From the IMG/VR virus record IMGVR_UViG_3300044641_008909: 64,000 bases of DNA. One strand, given 5' to 3'. Under the pieces are notes generated by a model. It had not been told where the DNA came from, searched no databases, and was given only the letters and a program-made list of their open reading frames with translations. Both the position numbers and the translations under genes were made by a program. This stretch comes from an uncultured virus (IMG/VR IMGVR_UViG_3300044641_008909). Its lineage: Duplodnaviria > Heunggongvirae > Uroviricota > Caudoviricetes. Shown here piece by piece: positions 10,946 to 20,531 of the stretch (position 1 is its first letter; every line of letters starts with the position of its first letter).

Positions 10946-10959
10946 AACTATGTTAATTT

Positions 10960-11193
10960 GTGGCACAATTAATAAAACCAACAGAAATTAGTGTTAAAAC
11001 CGTTAATGGCGAAGTTCTAGTCAATTTAAAACTAGATATTAATATTAATTTGACTCAAGGTGTTGTAAATACTACTGTTGAGTCGAAACAAGAAGAAAAA
11101 AAAGTAAAGCAAGAAGAAAAACAAACGCTTTGGGAAATACCCGAATTCAACAGTGTCCCAAAAATAAAATTTGGAAATAAGGAGCAGTCATGA
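10960..11193 (+). CDS. Small hypothetical protein coupled to actin-like gene
   Basis: ATGA overlap with 11190. Confidence 0.7.
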   Translation: MAQLIKPTEISVKTVNGEVLVNLKLDININLTQGVVNTTVESKQEEKKVKQEEKQTLWEIPEFNSVPKIKFGNKEQS

Positions 11194-12191
11194 GTCTCGG
11201 ATTTGATGTTGGTACGTTTTCTTTGATTTGCGCCAAAAGAAACAAGAAAGAAATTGAATTCAACAAGGGAATCAATTCATTTGTTGAAATTCCTTTAGAA
11301 AATCGTTTCTTATTTAACATGATGAAAAACTCTGGTGTTCCTTTGATTGAAAGGGACAATATGGGTTATGTTCTTGGTGAAGCTGCTGTAAATATGGCTT
11401 ACACATTAGCTTCTTTAGAACTAAAGCGTCCAATGTCAGAAGGATGCGTTAATCCAAAAGAAAAAAGTGCATTTGAAATCTTGCAGATCATGATTCATTC
11501 ATTGATTGGCGAAATTGATAAAGATGATGAAAAGATCTATTATTGTGTTCCTGCAAATGCCGTAAACACAGAAACAGATGCAGATTACCATCAAAAAATT
11601 CTTCACAGCATATTTAAGAGTTATAGAAGCGAAGCTGGTTATAAACTAAATCCAAGTCCAATCAATGAAGCTTTAGCTATCATCTATGCAGAAATGCAAA
11701 AGAAGGCTTATACAGGGATTGGAATATCTTGCGGAGGTGGAATGGTAAACGTCTGCTACGCAATGTATGGTAATCCAGTATTCCAATTTGCAATTGTAAA
11801 TTCAGGTGATTGGATTGACAAACAATCAGCCAAAGCAACTGGTGAAAGCACTACAGTTATCAATAAAGAAAAGATGAAAGTTGATTTGAGCAAAGAACCA
11901 ACAAACATGATTGAAAGGGCAATTGGCACCCAATATAGGATCATGATTGAAAAGACCGTCCAAGGCATCAAAAACGGGCTTGCAAACGCAAAAACAAATG
12001 TTAGGTCTGCTGGCGCAGTTGATGTTGTTGTTGCTGGTGGCACATCATGTATTGCTGGGTTTGATGTAATATTTAGAGATGCAATGAAGAGTGCTGGCTT
12101 AAGTATTGAACTTGGAGATATTACAAGAGCAGATAATGCAACTTACACAATTGCCAAAGGCTGTTTAATAGCAGCGGAGAATTCTAACTGA
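11190..12191 (+). CDS. Actin-like ATPase (MreB/MamK/ParM superfamily)
   Basis: Phosphate-1 GFDVGT, connect INEALA, phosphate-2-like ISCGGGMVNV, adenosine VVAGGTS motifs; AAGGAG SD. Confidence 0.85.
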   Translation: MSLGFDVGTFSLICAKRNKKEIEFNKGINSFVEIPLENRFLFNMMKNSGVPLIERDNMGYVLGEAAVNMAYTLASLELKRPMSEGCVNPKEKSAFEILQIMIHSLIGEIDKDDEKIYYCVPANAVNTETDADYHQKILHSIFKSYRSEAGYKLNPSPINEALAIIYAEMQKKAYTGIGISCGGGMVNVCYAMYGNPVFQFAIVNSGDWIDKQSAKATGESTTVINKEKMKVDLSKEPTNMIERAIGTQYRIMIEKTVQGIKNGLANAKTNVRSAGAVDVVVAGGTSCIAGFDVIFRDAMKSAGLSIELGDITRADNATYTIAKGCLIAAENSN

Positions 12192-12619
12192 TGTTAAAAG
12201 AAATTAGAGATATTGGAATTGCTGCTTATCTTGTTATGCATGAATACAAACTGCGTGATAAAAAAGATAAAAGTTTTTTGTTTGAAGTTGTTTCAGATGA
12301 AAATAAAAAGTTTGAAGATTTAAAAATAAGTTATTTATCAAGTGAATTTCATCATTTCGATTCATGTTTAATGAGTTTGAAGAAACTTGATGAATATCCA
12401 TTTGAAATTAAAAGCAATTGTTTTACAAACGATCTAGGTTGTGCAGCTTATATTTTGATGCACAAGTTTATTTTACTTGGAAAGAAAAATAGATTTTTTT
12501 ACTTTGATGTTTCATCAGAACTAGAAGAAACTCAATTTAGGGAAATCAACATGCAATACAGTGGAAGTGAATTCCACAATTTTGACAGCAAGCTAATGTC
12601 TCTCAAGAAGATTTTTTAG
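12191..12619 (+). CDS. Tandem-duplicated small domain protein (DUF5659-like)
   Basis: Two internal repeats DIGIAAYLVMH..SEFHHFDS.LMSLKK / DLGCAAYILMH..SEFHNFDS.LMSLKK. Confidence 0.7.
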   Translation: MLKEIRDIGIAAYLVMHEYKLRDKKDKSFLFEVVSDENKKFEDLKISYLSSEFHHFDSCLMSLKKLDEYPFEIKSNCFTNDLGCAAYILMHKFILLGKKNRFFYFDVSSELEETQFREINMQYSGSEFHNFDSKLMSLKKIF

Positions 12620-12914
12620 ACATCATTCTTTCTAAATCACTCAAATTATCTGGTGCTTTTTGTTGAGGTTGAGCTACTAGTTCTTCCTCACAAATAGAAA
12701 CAAGGTGATTAATGTTTATAAAATTCATTTTTTCTCCTTTATAGGATTTGTAGAAAATTCCATCTTGATTAATTTCTGTGGGGAAACCTATAAAATAAAC
12801 AATTTGTTGTTCATCTTTAAGATTTCTTTGATGCAAAGATGTAAAAAAACTACATGGTTTTCCAATAAAGTGTTGTAATCTTGTAATTGTTGTTCTGTTA
12901 TCCATGTTAACCAT
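12603..12914 (-). CDS. Hypothetical protein
   Basis: ORF overlapping primase end. Confidence 0.65.
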   Translation of the reverse strand: MVNMDNRTTITRLQHFIGKPCSFFTSLHQRNLKDEQQIVYFIGFPTEINQDGIFYKSYKGEKMNFININHLVSICEEELVAQPQQKAPDNLSDLERMMSKKSS

Positions 12915-13860
12915 CCATTTGAGTTTCAGCTAATTTAATATACTGATACAACATATTTTTGTCAAATTTAACAAGGAATTCATTCCAATCCTTGATATCT
13001 AAAGGTGGACAGACCTTGGTAACTTGACATCCAAAAGATTTTAATAATTTAAAAGAATTTTCTACAGAACTTTTTCCTGCTTCGTCGTTATCAAAAGCCA
13101 AGCATATTTCTTTATTAGCTAAGACAGTGGCTTGTTTTACTGAAATGTATTTGCCACCAACAGCACATGACATAATATTTGCTTCTGTTAAAGACATAGA
13201 ATCAAATTCACCTTCACATACATAAATTTTCTGATTATTTTCGTTCCACTTACGAAAGAATATGACATCTGCTTTGCCCACATTACATTCATCTTTATGA
13301 GGACCAAGATATCTTAGTTTGCTTTGAAACAATGCTCTACCATTGTAATAAATCAAATTGCCTTTTCTGTCATAATATGGGATTACAATTCTTGATTTCA
13401 TCCTGCCATCTATGCCAACAAAAAACAAATCACTATTAATATTTCTGTTGTTCAAGTAATTGTTTGCCATATCTTTCCACCATCTTGGTGCAGAGTTAAC
13501 TTTAACAGCGCCTTCTGGCATTTTTATAGTTTCAAATTCTTCCTTATTAAGCGAATCATAGTCTATTGAATTTTCATCTTGGAAAAATTCATCAGAGCTT
13601 TCTTTTCCAGTGATTCCTAGTATTTGCATTGCTTTGTTGAATTGACAATCTTCTACTTTCATTACAAGAGCAACGACAGTTCCTTTGTTGTTGCTTTTGA
13701 AACAATTAAAAACTCCTTTCCAAAACTTTTTAATATTGCAATAAAGATGATGTTTTGAGTCTTCGCAGAAAGGAGAATTGAATCTTATCTGATCTCCTTT
13801 GACAAGTGGTTGACCAAATTTTTTCTCAGCCCATTTAAAAAAAAGTTGATCATTAATCAT
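12907..13860 (-). CDS. DNA primase (T4 gp61/DnaG-like)
   Basis: N-terminal Zn finger (SPFC..H..C), RIVIPYY, TOPRIM CEGEFD and FDNDEAG, KDWNE. Confidence 0.92.
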   Translation of the reverse strand: MINDQLFFKWAEKKFGQPLVKGDQIRFNSPFCEDSKHHLYCNIKKFWKGVFNCFKSNNKGTVVALVMKVEDCQFNKAMQILGITGKESSDEFFQDENSIDYDSLNKEEFETIKMPEGAVKVNSAPRWWKDMANNYLNNRNINSDLFFVGIDGRMKSRIVIPYYDRKGNLIYYNGRALFQSKLRYLGPHKDECNVGKADVIFFRKWNENNQKIYVCEGEFDSMSLTEANIMSCAVGGKYISVKQATVLANKEICLAFDNDEAGKSSVENSFKLLKSFGCQVTKVCPPLDIKDWNEFLVKFDKNMLYQYIKLAETQMDG

Positions 13861-13926
13861 AATATTATTCCAAAAGCAGCTGGTTTTGCTATATTAATGG
13901 AGTAAGATAAAAAGTCAAGGTGCAAG

Positions 13927-14682
13927 TTGAAAATCAAACATATATCAATTTCTAGATCTGGTGTTTGGGAAGAATGTCAAGTAAAGTATCGTTATAAATA
14001 TCATTTAGAAGTATTACCAACAAAGCCAGAACCACCTTACTTTGCTTATGGTAAACTTGTACACAAAGCAGCAGAAATTTATGTTAAAGAAAAAGGCACA
14101 TTGCCAATTAGAAAAATAGCATCTGATTTGTTAACAGGTTTGCATACAGAAGAATTCAAGAATTTAAAATTAAGCAAAGAATATAAAGATAAGCTTCCGA
14201 TACATCTTGATAATATTGAAAAAATAACAACAAATATTGGGTATGAAGGTTTGCTTGAATATGAAATAAAGCTTGACATGTTGCCACCAAATGAAAAATA
14301 TTTGCTTGGATATGTTGATAGAATTATCTTCAAAGAAGATAAAACTATGATACTTGATTATAAAACAACTAAAGCTGGATTCTATCAGAAGAACAACACA
14401 ACTATAAAAGAAGATTTGCAACTTAGAACTTATGCTTATTATATTTGTAAGAAATTTAATTTAAAGCCAGAAAGTGTTTTTTGTTGCCTTTATTATTTGG
14501 AAAATAAAAAATTGGTTTGTACAAATTATACAGAAAAACAAATGGAAAGTGCTATTGAATTTTTAAGAGAAAACTATAACATAATAGAATCTACAGATGA
14601 AAGCCAAGCACGACCAAATATTGGCAATCATTGTAGAAGATGTGATTTCCAAAACATATGTCCTTATGGAAGAAATGCGTGA
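13927..14682 (+). CDS. PD-(D/E)XK RecB/Cas4-like exonuclease
   Basis: N-terminal Cys, GKLVH, VDRI..LDYKT..QL..Y, C-terminal CRRC....CP. Confidence 0.88.
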   Translation: MKIKHISISRSGVWEECQVKYRYKYHLEVLPTKPEPPYFAYGKLVHKAAEIYVKEKGTLPIRKIASDLLTGLHTEEFKNLKLSKEYKDKLPIHLDNIEKITTNIGYEGLLEYEIKLDMLPPNEKYLLGYVDRIIFKEDKTMILDYKTTKAGFYQKNNTTIKEDLQLRTYAYYICKKFNLKPESVFCCLYYLENKKLVCTNYTEKQMESAIEFLRENYNIIESTDESQARPNIGNHCRRCDFQNICPYGRNA

Positions 14683-15086
14683 TGAAGATTTATAATCACC
14701 AAATATTTGTTGACGCTAATGGAAGAAACGAACTTAACATAGGCAACAAAATTATGGCAGAAGGATTTCTCACAGAAATAAATCAAGATAAATTTAACAT
14801 AGAATTCTCATTCATAGAAGAACATGTCACATTGTATGAACTTGATTCAAATTCAAAAAAAACAGAAGTTGTTGATAAACTTGAACACATCAATATAAAT
14901 TTTAATCCAAAAAAAGTAAATGTCGATATTGATGACATTTTAGATAAAGAAAATGGTGGAAAAGAAAAATTAAAATTTATTATAAAAGGCAAAAAAGAAA
15001 TGCATTTTATTTGCATAACAGATAAATCTGTTTTAGAAAAAAATTATATTTTTGTTGATGAATTAGCAGTTTCTCAAAGCCATTGA
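14682..15086 (+). CDS. Hypothetical protein
   Basis: TGATG overlap suggests start at 14682. Confidence 0.65.
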   Translation: MKIYNHQIFVDANGRNELNIGNKIMAEGFLTEINQDKFNIEFSFIEEHVTLYELDSNSKKTEVVDKLEHININFNPKKVNVDIDDILDKENGGKEKLKFIIKGKKEMHFICITDKSVLEKNYIFVDELAVSQSH

Positions 15087-15581
15087 AAATCTTGCGCTTA
15101 CATTTTCTCCAGCACTGAGTACAATTGGTGCTGATAAAACTGCTGTGCTATACAGCTTGCCAGTTGTTCCAGAACTAGAATTTGTTAAAAATATATTGAC
15201 AACTGGACCCCATGATCCAGTTACAGCTGCAAAAATTACAACATTACTTCTAGCTTGATACACGCCACCATTGTTTATTATAGTAAATCCAGTAGTTGAG
15301 CTTACTGGCTGTCTACTATAACCATTACCGCTTGGTTCTCCTACAAGACTTGCAAGAGTTTGCCCTTCACTTATAGTTGCTCTATTGTCTAAGCCAAGAT
15401 AATAGTTAATAGGGATATATGCGTTATTGTTAGGACCACCTGCAAAAATAGCAGAAAGTATTGTTTCTTCTCCTTGACCATGTAAAATGTTATAAACATT
15501 TTCTTCTTTATAAAGTTCTTTGCCATTCGCATCACTGTGAATTATCTCTTCAATTTTCATTATGCCATGCCAATTTTTCAT
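15063..15581 (-). CDS. Putative virion structural protein
   Basis: GEPSGNGYSRQPV...F.A..GSWG.V pattern typical of small phage tail-associated beta proteins; similar to 26815..27219. Confidence 0.6.
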   Translation of the reverse strand: MKNWHGIMKIEEIIHSDANGKELYKEENVYNILHGQGEETILSAIFAGGPNNNAYIPINYYLGLDNRATISEGQTLASLVGEPSGNGYSRQPVSSTTGFTIINNGGVYQARSNVVIFAAVTGSWGPVVNIFLTNSSSGTTGKLYSTAVLSAPIVLSAGENVSARFSMALRNC

Positions 15582-15868
15582 AATTGTTCTCCAATACTTG
15601 CGTTTATCTGCATCTTGTCTTTTAAATCTTTTTTAACATTTTCATTTTTTATTTTTTCATCAATCAAATCATTTACAAACAACACAACAGGATTATCGTA
15701 TTTCTTAGGAATTTTTCCAACATGTTTATAATTATTATCTTGTTTGTACTCAAAAACATAAAGCATTTCTTTTCTGAATGCGAAATAACAAAAAGAACAT
15801 CCAAGTCGATGTTTTTCACTTATAAATGAATAATCTATATTACAACTTGGACATTTCTTATTTTTCAA
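15578..15868 (-). CDS. McsA-like (arginine kinase activator) Zn-finger fragment
   Basis: CPSC.IDY.......RLGCSFCY..F...HVGKIPK matches the McsA central region; no N-terminal CxxC pairs or UVR domain. Confidence 0.75.
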   Translation of the reverse strand: MKNKKCPSCNIDYSFISEKHRLGCSFCYFAFRKEMLYVFEYKQDNNYKHVGKIPKKYDNPVVLFVNDLIDEKIKNENVKKDLKDKMQINASIGEQL

Positions 15869-16668
15869 GTTATAACCTTTCCTGCAATCTTGAAAGTAAA
15901 TGTTTGATTATCGGATTTAGATGTTCCCGGTTCTATAGTTCTTTGCAACCAAACGGGAAATCCTTCAAAAGGTCTTAAGCTTCCCAAAGTTAATGGTTGT
16001 GTTTCTGCAAAACTAGCAAATTGTATATTTTCTGGTTTGATTAAAACAGTTGCTGTTTTAGGAGTAATAATATTTATAGGTGAACCATTTTGAGTTTTAC
16101 TAATAAAGAAATCAGTAGCTGGTGTTAAATTGTTGTCTACTAATTCAAGTAAAGGATGGTACTTGTAACCTGAATCGTCTTCAAATACTATTGTAACTGT
16201 GTAGTAACCTGTGTTTGCTTCTGCTACTGCCGTAACACCAAGCAAACCAATATTATTCAATGCTGAAACAAAATTATTTGCTAATGTGGTCATGTTCACA
16301 GAGAAGGCAACTGTAAAAGTCTGATCTTCATAACTAAGAACTAAGTTGCCACCTGTTGCAGGACCACTAAGCGTTATCTTCTGTGTGTCGTTTTGTTTGT
16401 TAACACCAATCAAACATGATGTAGCAGTGGTGTTTTGAACGTAAATTGATACATCATAAAGAGTTTCGGTGTCATTTTGATTAAATATATAAAAACAACG
16501 ATAGTCTACCAGCCCTGTTTTAAGTTGTGAGTCTGTGAGAGAGTTAAACAGGTTTTGAGAAATGTCGGCAATTTCTACGTTAGAAGGATCGCCACCCAAA
16601 CTTTCGAAAGGATCATAGTTGCCTGTACTGCCACTAAAAACAAAAACAATATCATTTGCTGTTATCAT
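15865..16668 (-). CDS. Putative virion structural protein
   Basis: SLGG..NLF..VDYRCFYIFN..VWLQR pattern seen in phage tail/baseplate proteins; upstream TATATA; start 16668 or 16680. Confidence 0.6.
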   Translation of the reverse strand: MITANDIVFVFSGSTGNYDPFESLGGDPSNVEIADISQNLFNSLTDSQLKTGLVDYRCFYIFNQNDTETLYDVSIYVQNTTATSCLIGVNKQNDTQKITLSGPATGGNLVLSYEDQTFTVAFSVNMTTLANNFVSALNNIGLLGVTAVAEANTGYYTVTIVFEDDSGYKYHPLLELVDNNLTPATDFFISKTQNGSPINIITPKTATVLIKPENIQFASFAETQPLTLGSLRPFEGFPVWLQRTIEPGTSKSDNQTFTFKIAGKVIT

Positions 16669-16789
16669 TATTTTTTCCAATCAAATTATACAATATATAG
16701 AGTTAAAACCAGCCTTTTCTAATTAATTAATTATTCAGAAACAAATGCTTGGAACGATAATATTATTAAACGCAGTCATAAATAGCATT

Positions 16790-17692
16790 ATGAATACATT
16801 TTATGATTGGCTAAACGAGCATTTGCACAAATATGACAACATGCGAGGTGATTTTGAACCTTTGAAAAGAGGAGACACTGTAAGAGTTTTCCATGGGTTT
16901 GACAATGTCACAGAAGCAATAATTGCAGCTAGATATGGCATTTCAGGACAGTTAAGACCCGCTAGGAAATATTCTTATGAAGCAAACACAAATCCTAAAG
17001 GACTATTTGTCACAATATCAGAAAAAACAGCTAGAGATTTTGCTCTTGATGGGTGCGTTGTAGAATTTATTGCAAAATACGAAGATCTAGAACCACCAGT
17101 TTGGGTACAGGGATCATATGGTACACAAGGTTCTTATATGCCAACATTTAGAAGCAAGGTTGAAAGATTGGCAACTAAAAAAAGATTTGAAAACGAAATA
17201 AGAAATGATCAAAACCAACCTGAATTTGTTAAATCTAGTGATAATCCCTATATGACTAAAGTGCTTTTTGATAGTTCTGAATATCAAGCTTTATTTACTG
17301 GAAATTTAAATCCAGATAAAATTATTTCATTTTCAGAAAGAGATAATAATTGGGAAAAAATTAATTTAGAAGAATTTCTTGAAAAGTATAAAGATATAGA
17401 TCTTAAAAGTGACAAAACATATCAAAACAGAAACAGTATGTTGAAGCATGAGGATAAATTGTTTTTGCCTGAAGACGATTTTGATGCTGATGAGTTTGTA
17501 AAAAGATTAGCTGAGAAAGTCACAAAATCTGCAATAAGGGCAACAAGTGCGTTGAAACAAATAACAAATCAAATTATTAGATCAGAAAGCATTGCACAAG
17601 AATTTATTAAAATATTCCATTATTATCTATATCCAAAACAATATGCTAGAGCATTGTCTTGGCTTTTAGAAACATATGGAAATGATGACTAG
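16790..17692 (+). CDS. Capsid-targeting-peptide protein with ADP-ribosyltransferase-like motifs
   Basis: MNTFYDWLNE start 5 nt after TAAATA; VFHGF..GLFVT..ARDFA..VVEF..EYQALF. Confidence 0.55.
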   Translation: MNTFYDWLNEHLHKYDNMRGDFEPLKRGDTVRVFHGFDNVTEAIIAARYGISGQLRPARKYSYEANTNPKGLFVTISEKTARDFALDGCVVEFIAKYEDLEPPVWVQGSYGTQGSYMPTFRSKVERLATKKRFENEIRNDQNQPEFVKSSDNPYMTKVLFDSSEYQALFTGNLNPDKIISFSERDNNWEKINLEEFLEKYKDIDLKSDKTYQNRNSMLKHEDKLFLPEDDFDADEFVKRLAEKVTKSAIRATSALKQITNQIIRSESIAQEFIKIFHYYLYPKQYARALSWLLETYGNDD

Positions 17693-17766
17693 TAATTATA
17701 TTTTCTTTAATTAATTATTCAATGATTCTAATTTATTAGTATCATCTATCATCAGAGGATTTTGTT

Positions 17767-18666
17767 GTGCAAATAGGATCAGATGTAGAGTGTTTCCTAC
17801 GCAATTCTTCTGATCAAGTAATTAATGCTGCAAAGCATATTACACATGACAAAGATAATCCTTACAAAAAACAAAAAATAAAAATATATTATGATAATAT
17901 TTTAGCAGAATTTAATATTCCTCCATGCAATAATGCACGAGAATTTATCACAAATATCACAAACGGCGTTTATCTGTTAGAAAAACTAGCATCTCCTTAT
18001 AAGGTCGATTTGACAGCTGCTGCTATCATTGAGCAAAGTGTGCTGCAAGATGCTAATGCAAAAGAAAGTGGCTGTGACGACGAATACAACGCATATACGT
18101 TGATGATAAACACAGAACCTAAAAACTTTATTAAAAATAGTTCTGTAAGGACTTCAGGTGGACATTTGCACATTGGATCTGTTGGAGATGAAATTCTGCT
18201 TGATCCGATTATTAAACCTTTGTTTGTTTACATGCTTGATTTATTTTTAGGTTTAACGTCTGTTGCTATAGACAATGATTTAAGTCAAATTGATAGAAGG
18301 AAGGTTTTTGGTAGAGCTGGATCTTTTAGACCAAAGAATTATGGAATTGAATATAGAGTTTTGAGTTCTTGGTGGATTGGCAAACCAGAATATACAGCAT
18401 TGGTTTATTCTTTAACTGATTTCGTTTACAATGAAATGATCGAAAAGATTTGGGAAAAATTCTGGACTGTTACAATTGGTGATAAGATTTCATATAATTG
18501 TTTTGGTTATGATGTGAATATTATCAAAGATGCAATTAATAATTGTAATAAATTTGAAGCTGATAGACTTCTTGGTTTTATTTTTAATTTTATGCCTAAT
18601 GATTTGGTTCAGCAAATCAATGATGCAAAAAAAATAGCCTCCCATGCAAACTGCATGGGAGGCTAA
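17767..18666 (+). CDS. phiEco32-like COOH-NH2 ligase type 2 (amidoligase)
   Basis: IGSDVE, DNILAEFNIPP, GCD.EYNAY, RTSGGHLHIG, RR..FG.AG.FRPK.YGIEYR.LS. Confidence 0.88.
   Translation: MQIGSDVECFLRNSSDQVINAAKHITHDKDNPYKKQKIKIYYDNILAEFNIPPCNNAREFITNITNGVYLLEKLASPYKVDLTAAAIIEQSVLQDANAKESGCDDEYNAYTLMINTEPKNFIKNSSVRTSGGHLHIGSVGDEILLDPIIKPLFVYMLDLFLGLTSVAIDNDLSQIDRRKVFGRAGSFRPKNYGIEYRVLSSWWIGKPEYTALVYSLTDFVYNEMIEKIWEKFWTVTIGDKISYNCFGYDVNIIKDAINNCNKFEADRLLGFIFNFMPNDLVQQINDAKKIASHANCMGG
18627..18665 (-). terminator. Intrinsic terminator for minus-strand gene, embedded in the ligase 3' end
   Basis: TAGCCTCCCATGCA-AAC-TGCATGGGAGGCTA with A-tract on left. Confidence 0.75.
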
Positions 18667-18682
18667 GTAGTTAAGTGCTACC

Positions 18683-19723
18683 TCATTTCTTTTTCATTTT
18701 TTTGCCAGCATACTTGCCTGATTTTGTTGGCATATTTTTGCCAGCATACTTGCCTGATTTTGCTGGCATAAATTTCATGCTAGTTGAACACTTCTTGCAT
18801 GGACCACTTTTCTTCTTGGAGACTCTACCCTTATACATTTTTTCTTCTGTTTCTTTTGGGTCACTCTTCACAATTGAACTTTTTTCCATTTTGATAAACT
18901 TCAAGAAGTCAGGAAGTTCAGCATCGGTAACCAAAGCGTTAACAACACTGGAAAGAATTGAATATCTTTGTCTATCAGTCATGCTGTCAATTTGACTTTC
19001 GACACCATCAAGGAAAGTTTTTAATTTAGACTTTACAGCACCAACAGAACCAACTTCACCATCTTTAATATCAATTTTAGCACCCTTGAATGATGCTTCA
19101 GTCAAAATCTTACCATTAAGCTTCTGTAAAATAACTGGATTAATCAAAGACTTAACACTAGCAGCCCACTCATCAATGCCACAATCATGATTTTCGTTAG
19201 CCATGTAAGAACCACAACGCTTGCACATCATCTCATTGCCAGCTTCTTCATCTGCATCATCGCTATATGCTTCTTTATTCTTATGACCATGGTAGTGGTG
19301 GTGATGATGATGAACAGCACCGTCATCAGAATCTTCTGATTCATCACCATCTTCTATTTCTTCAATTTCTCCAGCATCATCTTGAATTTCCATTTCTCCA
19401 TCATCTTCATCATCCATGTCTTCATCATCCATGTCTTCATCATCCATATCTTCATCATCCATATCTTCATCATCCATATCTTCATCTTCCATATCTTCAT
19501 CTTCCATATCTTCATCATCCATGTCTTCATCTTCCATATCTTCGTCTTCCATGTCTTCGTCTTCCATGTCTTCATCTTCCATGTCTTCATCTTCATCTCT
19601 GTCCATTTCGGCTTCAGAGAGAGGACTATAAGCAAGGAACCCATTGTTATGGGTAATGCCACCAATTGGTGATGACATCATAAAGCTCTCATTGAGTTTC
19701 TTCCACTTTTCATAATTGAGCAT
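18683..19723 (-). CDS. Acidic-repeat protein, possible prohead core/internal protein
   Basis: MLNYEKWKKLNE start with GGAG SD; (DEDME)n tract, His run, Lys-rich tail. Confidence 0.65.
   Translation of the reverse strand: MLNYEKWKKLNESFMMSSPIGGITHNNGFLAYSPLSEAEMDRDEDEDMEDEDMEDEDMEDEDMEDEDMDDEDMEDEDMEDEDMDDEDMDDEDMDDEDMDDEDMDDEDDGEMEIQDDAGEIEEIEDGDESEDSDDGAVHHHHHHYHGHKNKEAYSDDADEEAGNEMMCKRCGSYMANENHDCGIDEWAASVKSLINPVILQKLNGKILTEASFKGAKIDIKDGEVGSVGAVKSKLKTFLDGVESQIDSMTDRQRYSILSSVVNALVTDAELPDFLKFIKMEKSSIVKSDPKETEEKMYKGRVSKKKSGPCKKCSTSMKFMPAKSGKYAGKNMPTKSGKYAGKKMKKK
19401..19597 (-). repeat. 15-bp coding tandem repeat (DEDM[E/D])
   Basis: TCTTCATC(A/T)TCCAT(G/A) units. Confidence 0.9.
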
Positions 19724-19762
19724 GTTGGTTCTCCAAAAATACAATTTATTGTATATAGATAC

Positions 19763-19981
19763 TTAGATCATTTTTCCTAGAGACTTTTTAATAGCTTCTC
19801 TTCTTTTTTTTTCAACTTCTAAACGATTTTTGTCCATACCAACTGGTGTTGTTATTTGTTGATTTAAAGCTTCAGTAACTCCAGTTCCAATAGATCTGAC
19901 AATATTTTGTTGTATAGAAGTGTTTCTAACTACGTTTCTGTTGGGCATTGTGCCTTTTTTACCACCACATCCGCAACCCAT
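19763..19981 (-). CDS. Small protein starting MGCGCGGKK
   Basis: GGAGG SD, TATATA at 20000-20005. Confidence 0.75.
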   Translation of the reverse strand: MGCGCGGKKGTMPNRNVVRNTSIQQNIVRSIGTGVTEALNQQITTPVGMDKNRLEVEKKRREAIKKSLGKMI

Positions 19982-20037
19982 ATCGCCTCCATTTAATATT
20001 ATATATCAAGTAAGAATACAATTCATGAATAATAATA

Positions 20038-20087
20038 AAAAAACAAGACCTAATCATTAAAAATTACGATTAGGTCTTGTTTTTTTT
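20038..20087. terminator. Bidirectional terminator-like hairpin
   Basis: A-tract-CAAGACCTAATC...GATTAGGTCTTG-T-tract. Confidence 0.7.
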
Positions 20088-20101
20088 AAATTTAAATTAA
20101 C

Positions 20102-20464
20102 TTAAGAGCATGCGCCCGTTACTGGACAACCAGTTGAGCAGAAGGTAACAACCTTACCAGCCTTTGGTGCCTTTGCCTTCTTGCTAGGTGCAACAGTTGC
20201 AGAACCAAGATCAAAGATTGGAATACGCTTGAGGGAAGCTGCACGATCCTTGCAAGCCTTAGTAAGAGCGGAACGAGTAGTGAAGGCAGTAGTGCCATCC
20301 TGTCGGGTAACCTTTGTAGCCTTGAAGCCGGAAATTTCAGCCGTTGCTTCATAAACTTCGTTAACACCAGAAAGCTTCGTTACAATCTTGTAACGAATGG
20401 AATTTGCTGGCACTGAAGTCTTGGTGGTTGACTTTGTAGCACTCTTGGTCTTAGCTTCGCTCAT
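20102..20464 (-). CDS. Basic Lys/Thr/Ala-rich hypothetical protein
   Basis: AAGGAG SD before ATG 20464. Confidence 0.7.
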   Translation of the reverse strand: MSEAKTKSATKSTTKTSVPANSIRYKIVTKLSGVNEVYEATAEISGFKATKVTRQDGTTAFTTRSALTKACKDRAASLKRIPIFDLGSATVAPSKKAKAPKAGKVVTFCSTGCPVTGACS

Positions 20465-20531
20465 CTGACGCTCCTTTAACAAAAAACTTAACAACATCTG
20501 CATAATTAAAATAGCATACTTTTAAGAAAAA

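Noticed and set aside
13927..14682. Cas4 as part of a CRISPR-Cas system
   Set aside because: No array or other cas genes; solo Cas4-like nucleases are common in phages
19267..19672. His-, Ser-, Trp/Lys-rich ORFs
   Set aside because: Alternate readings of the 15-bp acidic repeat
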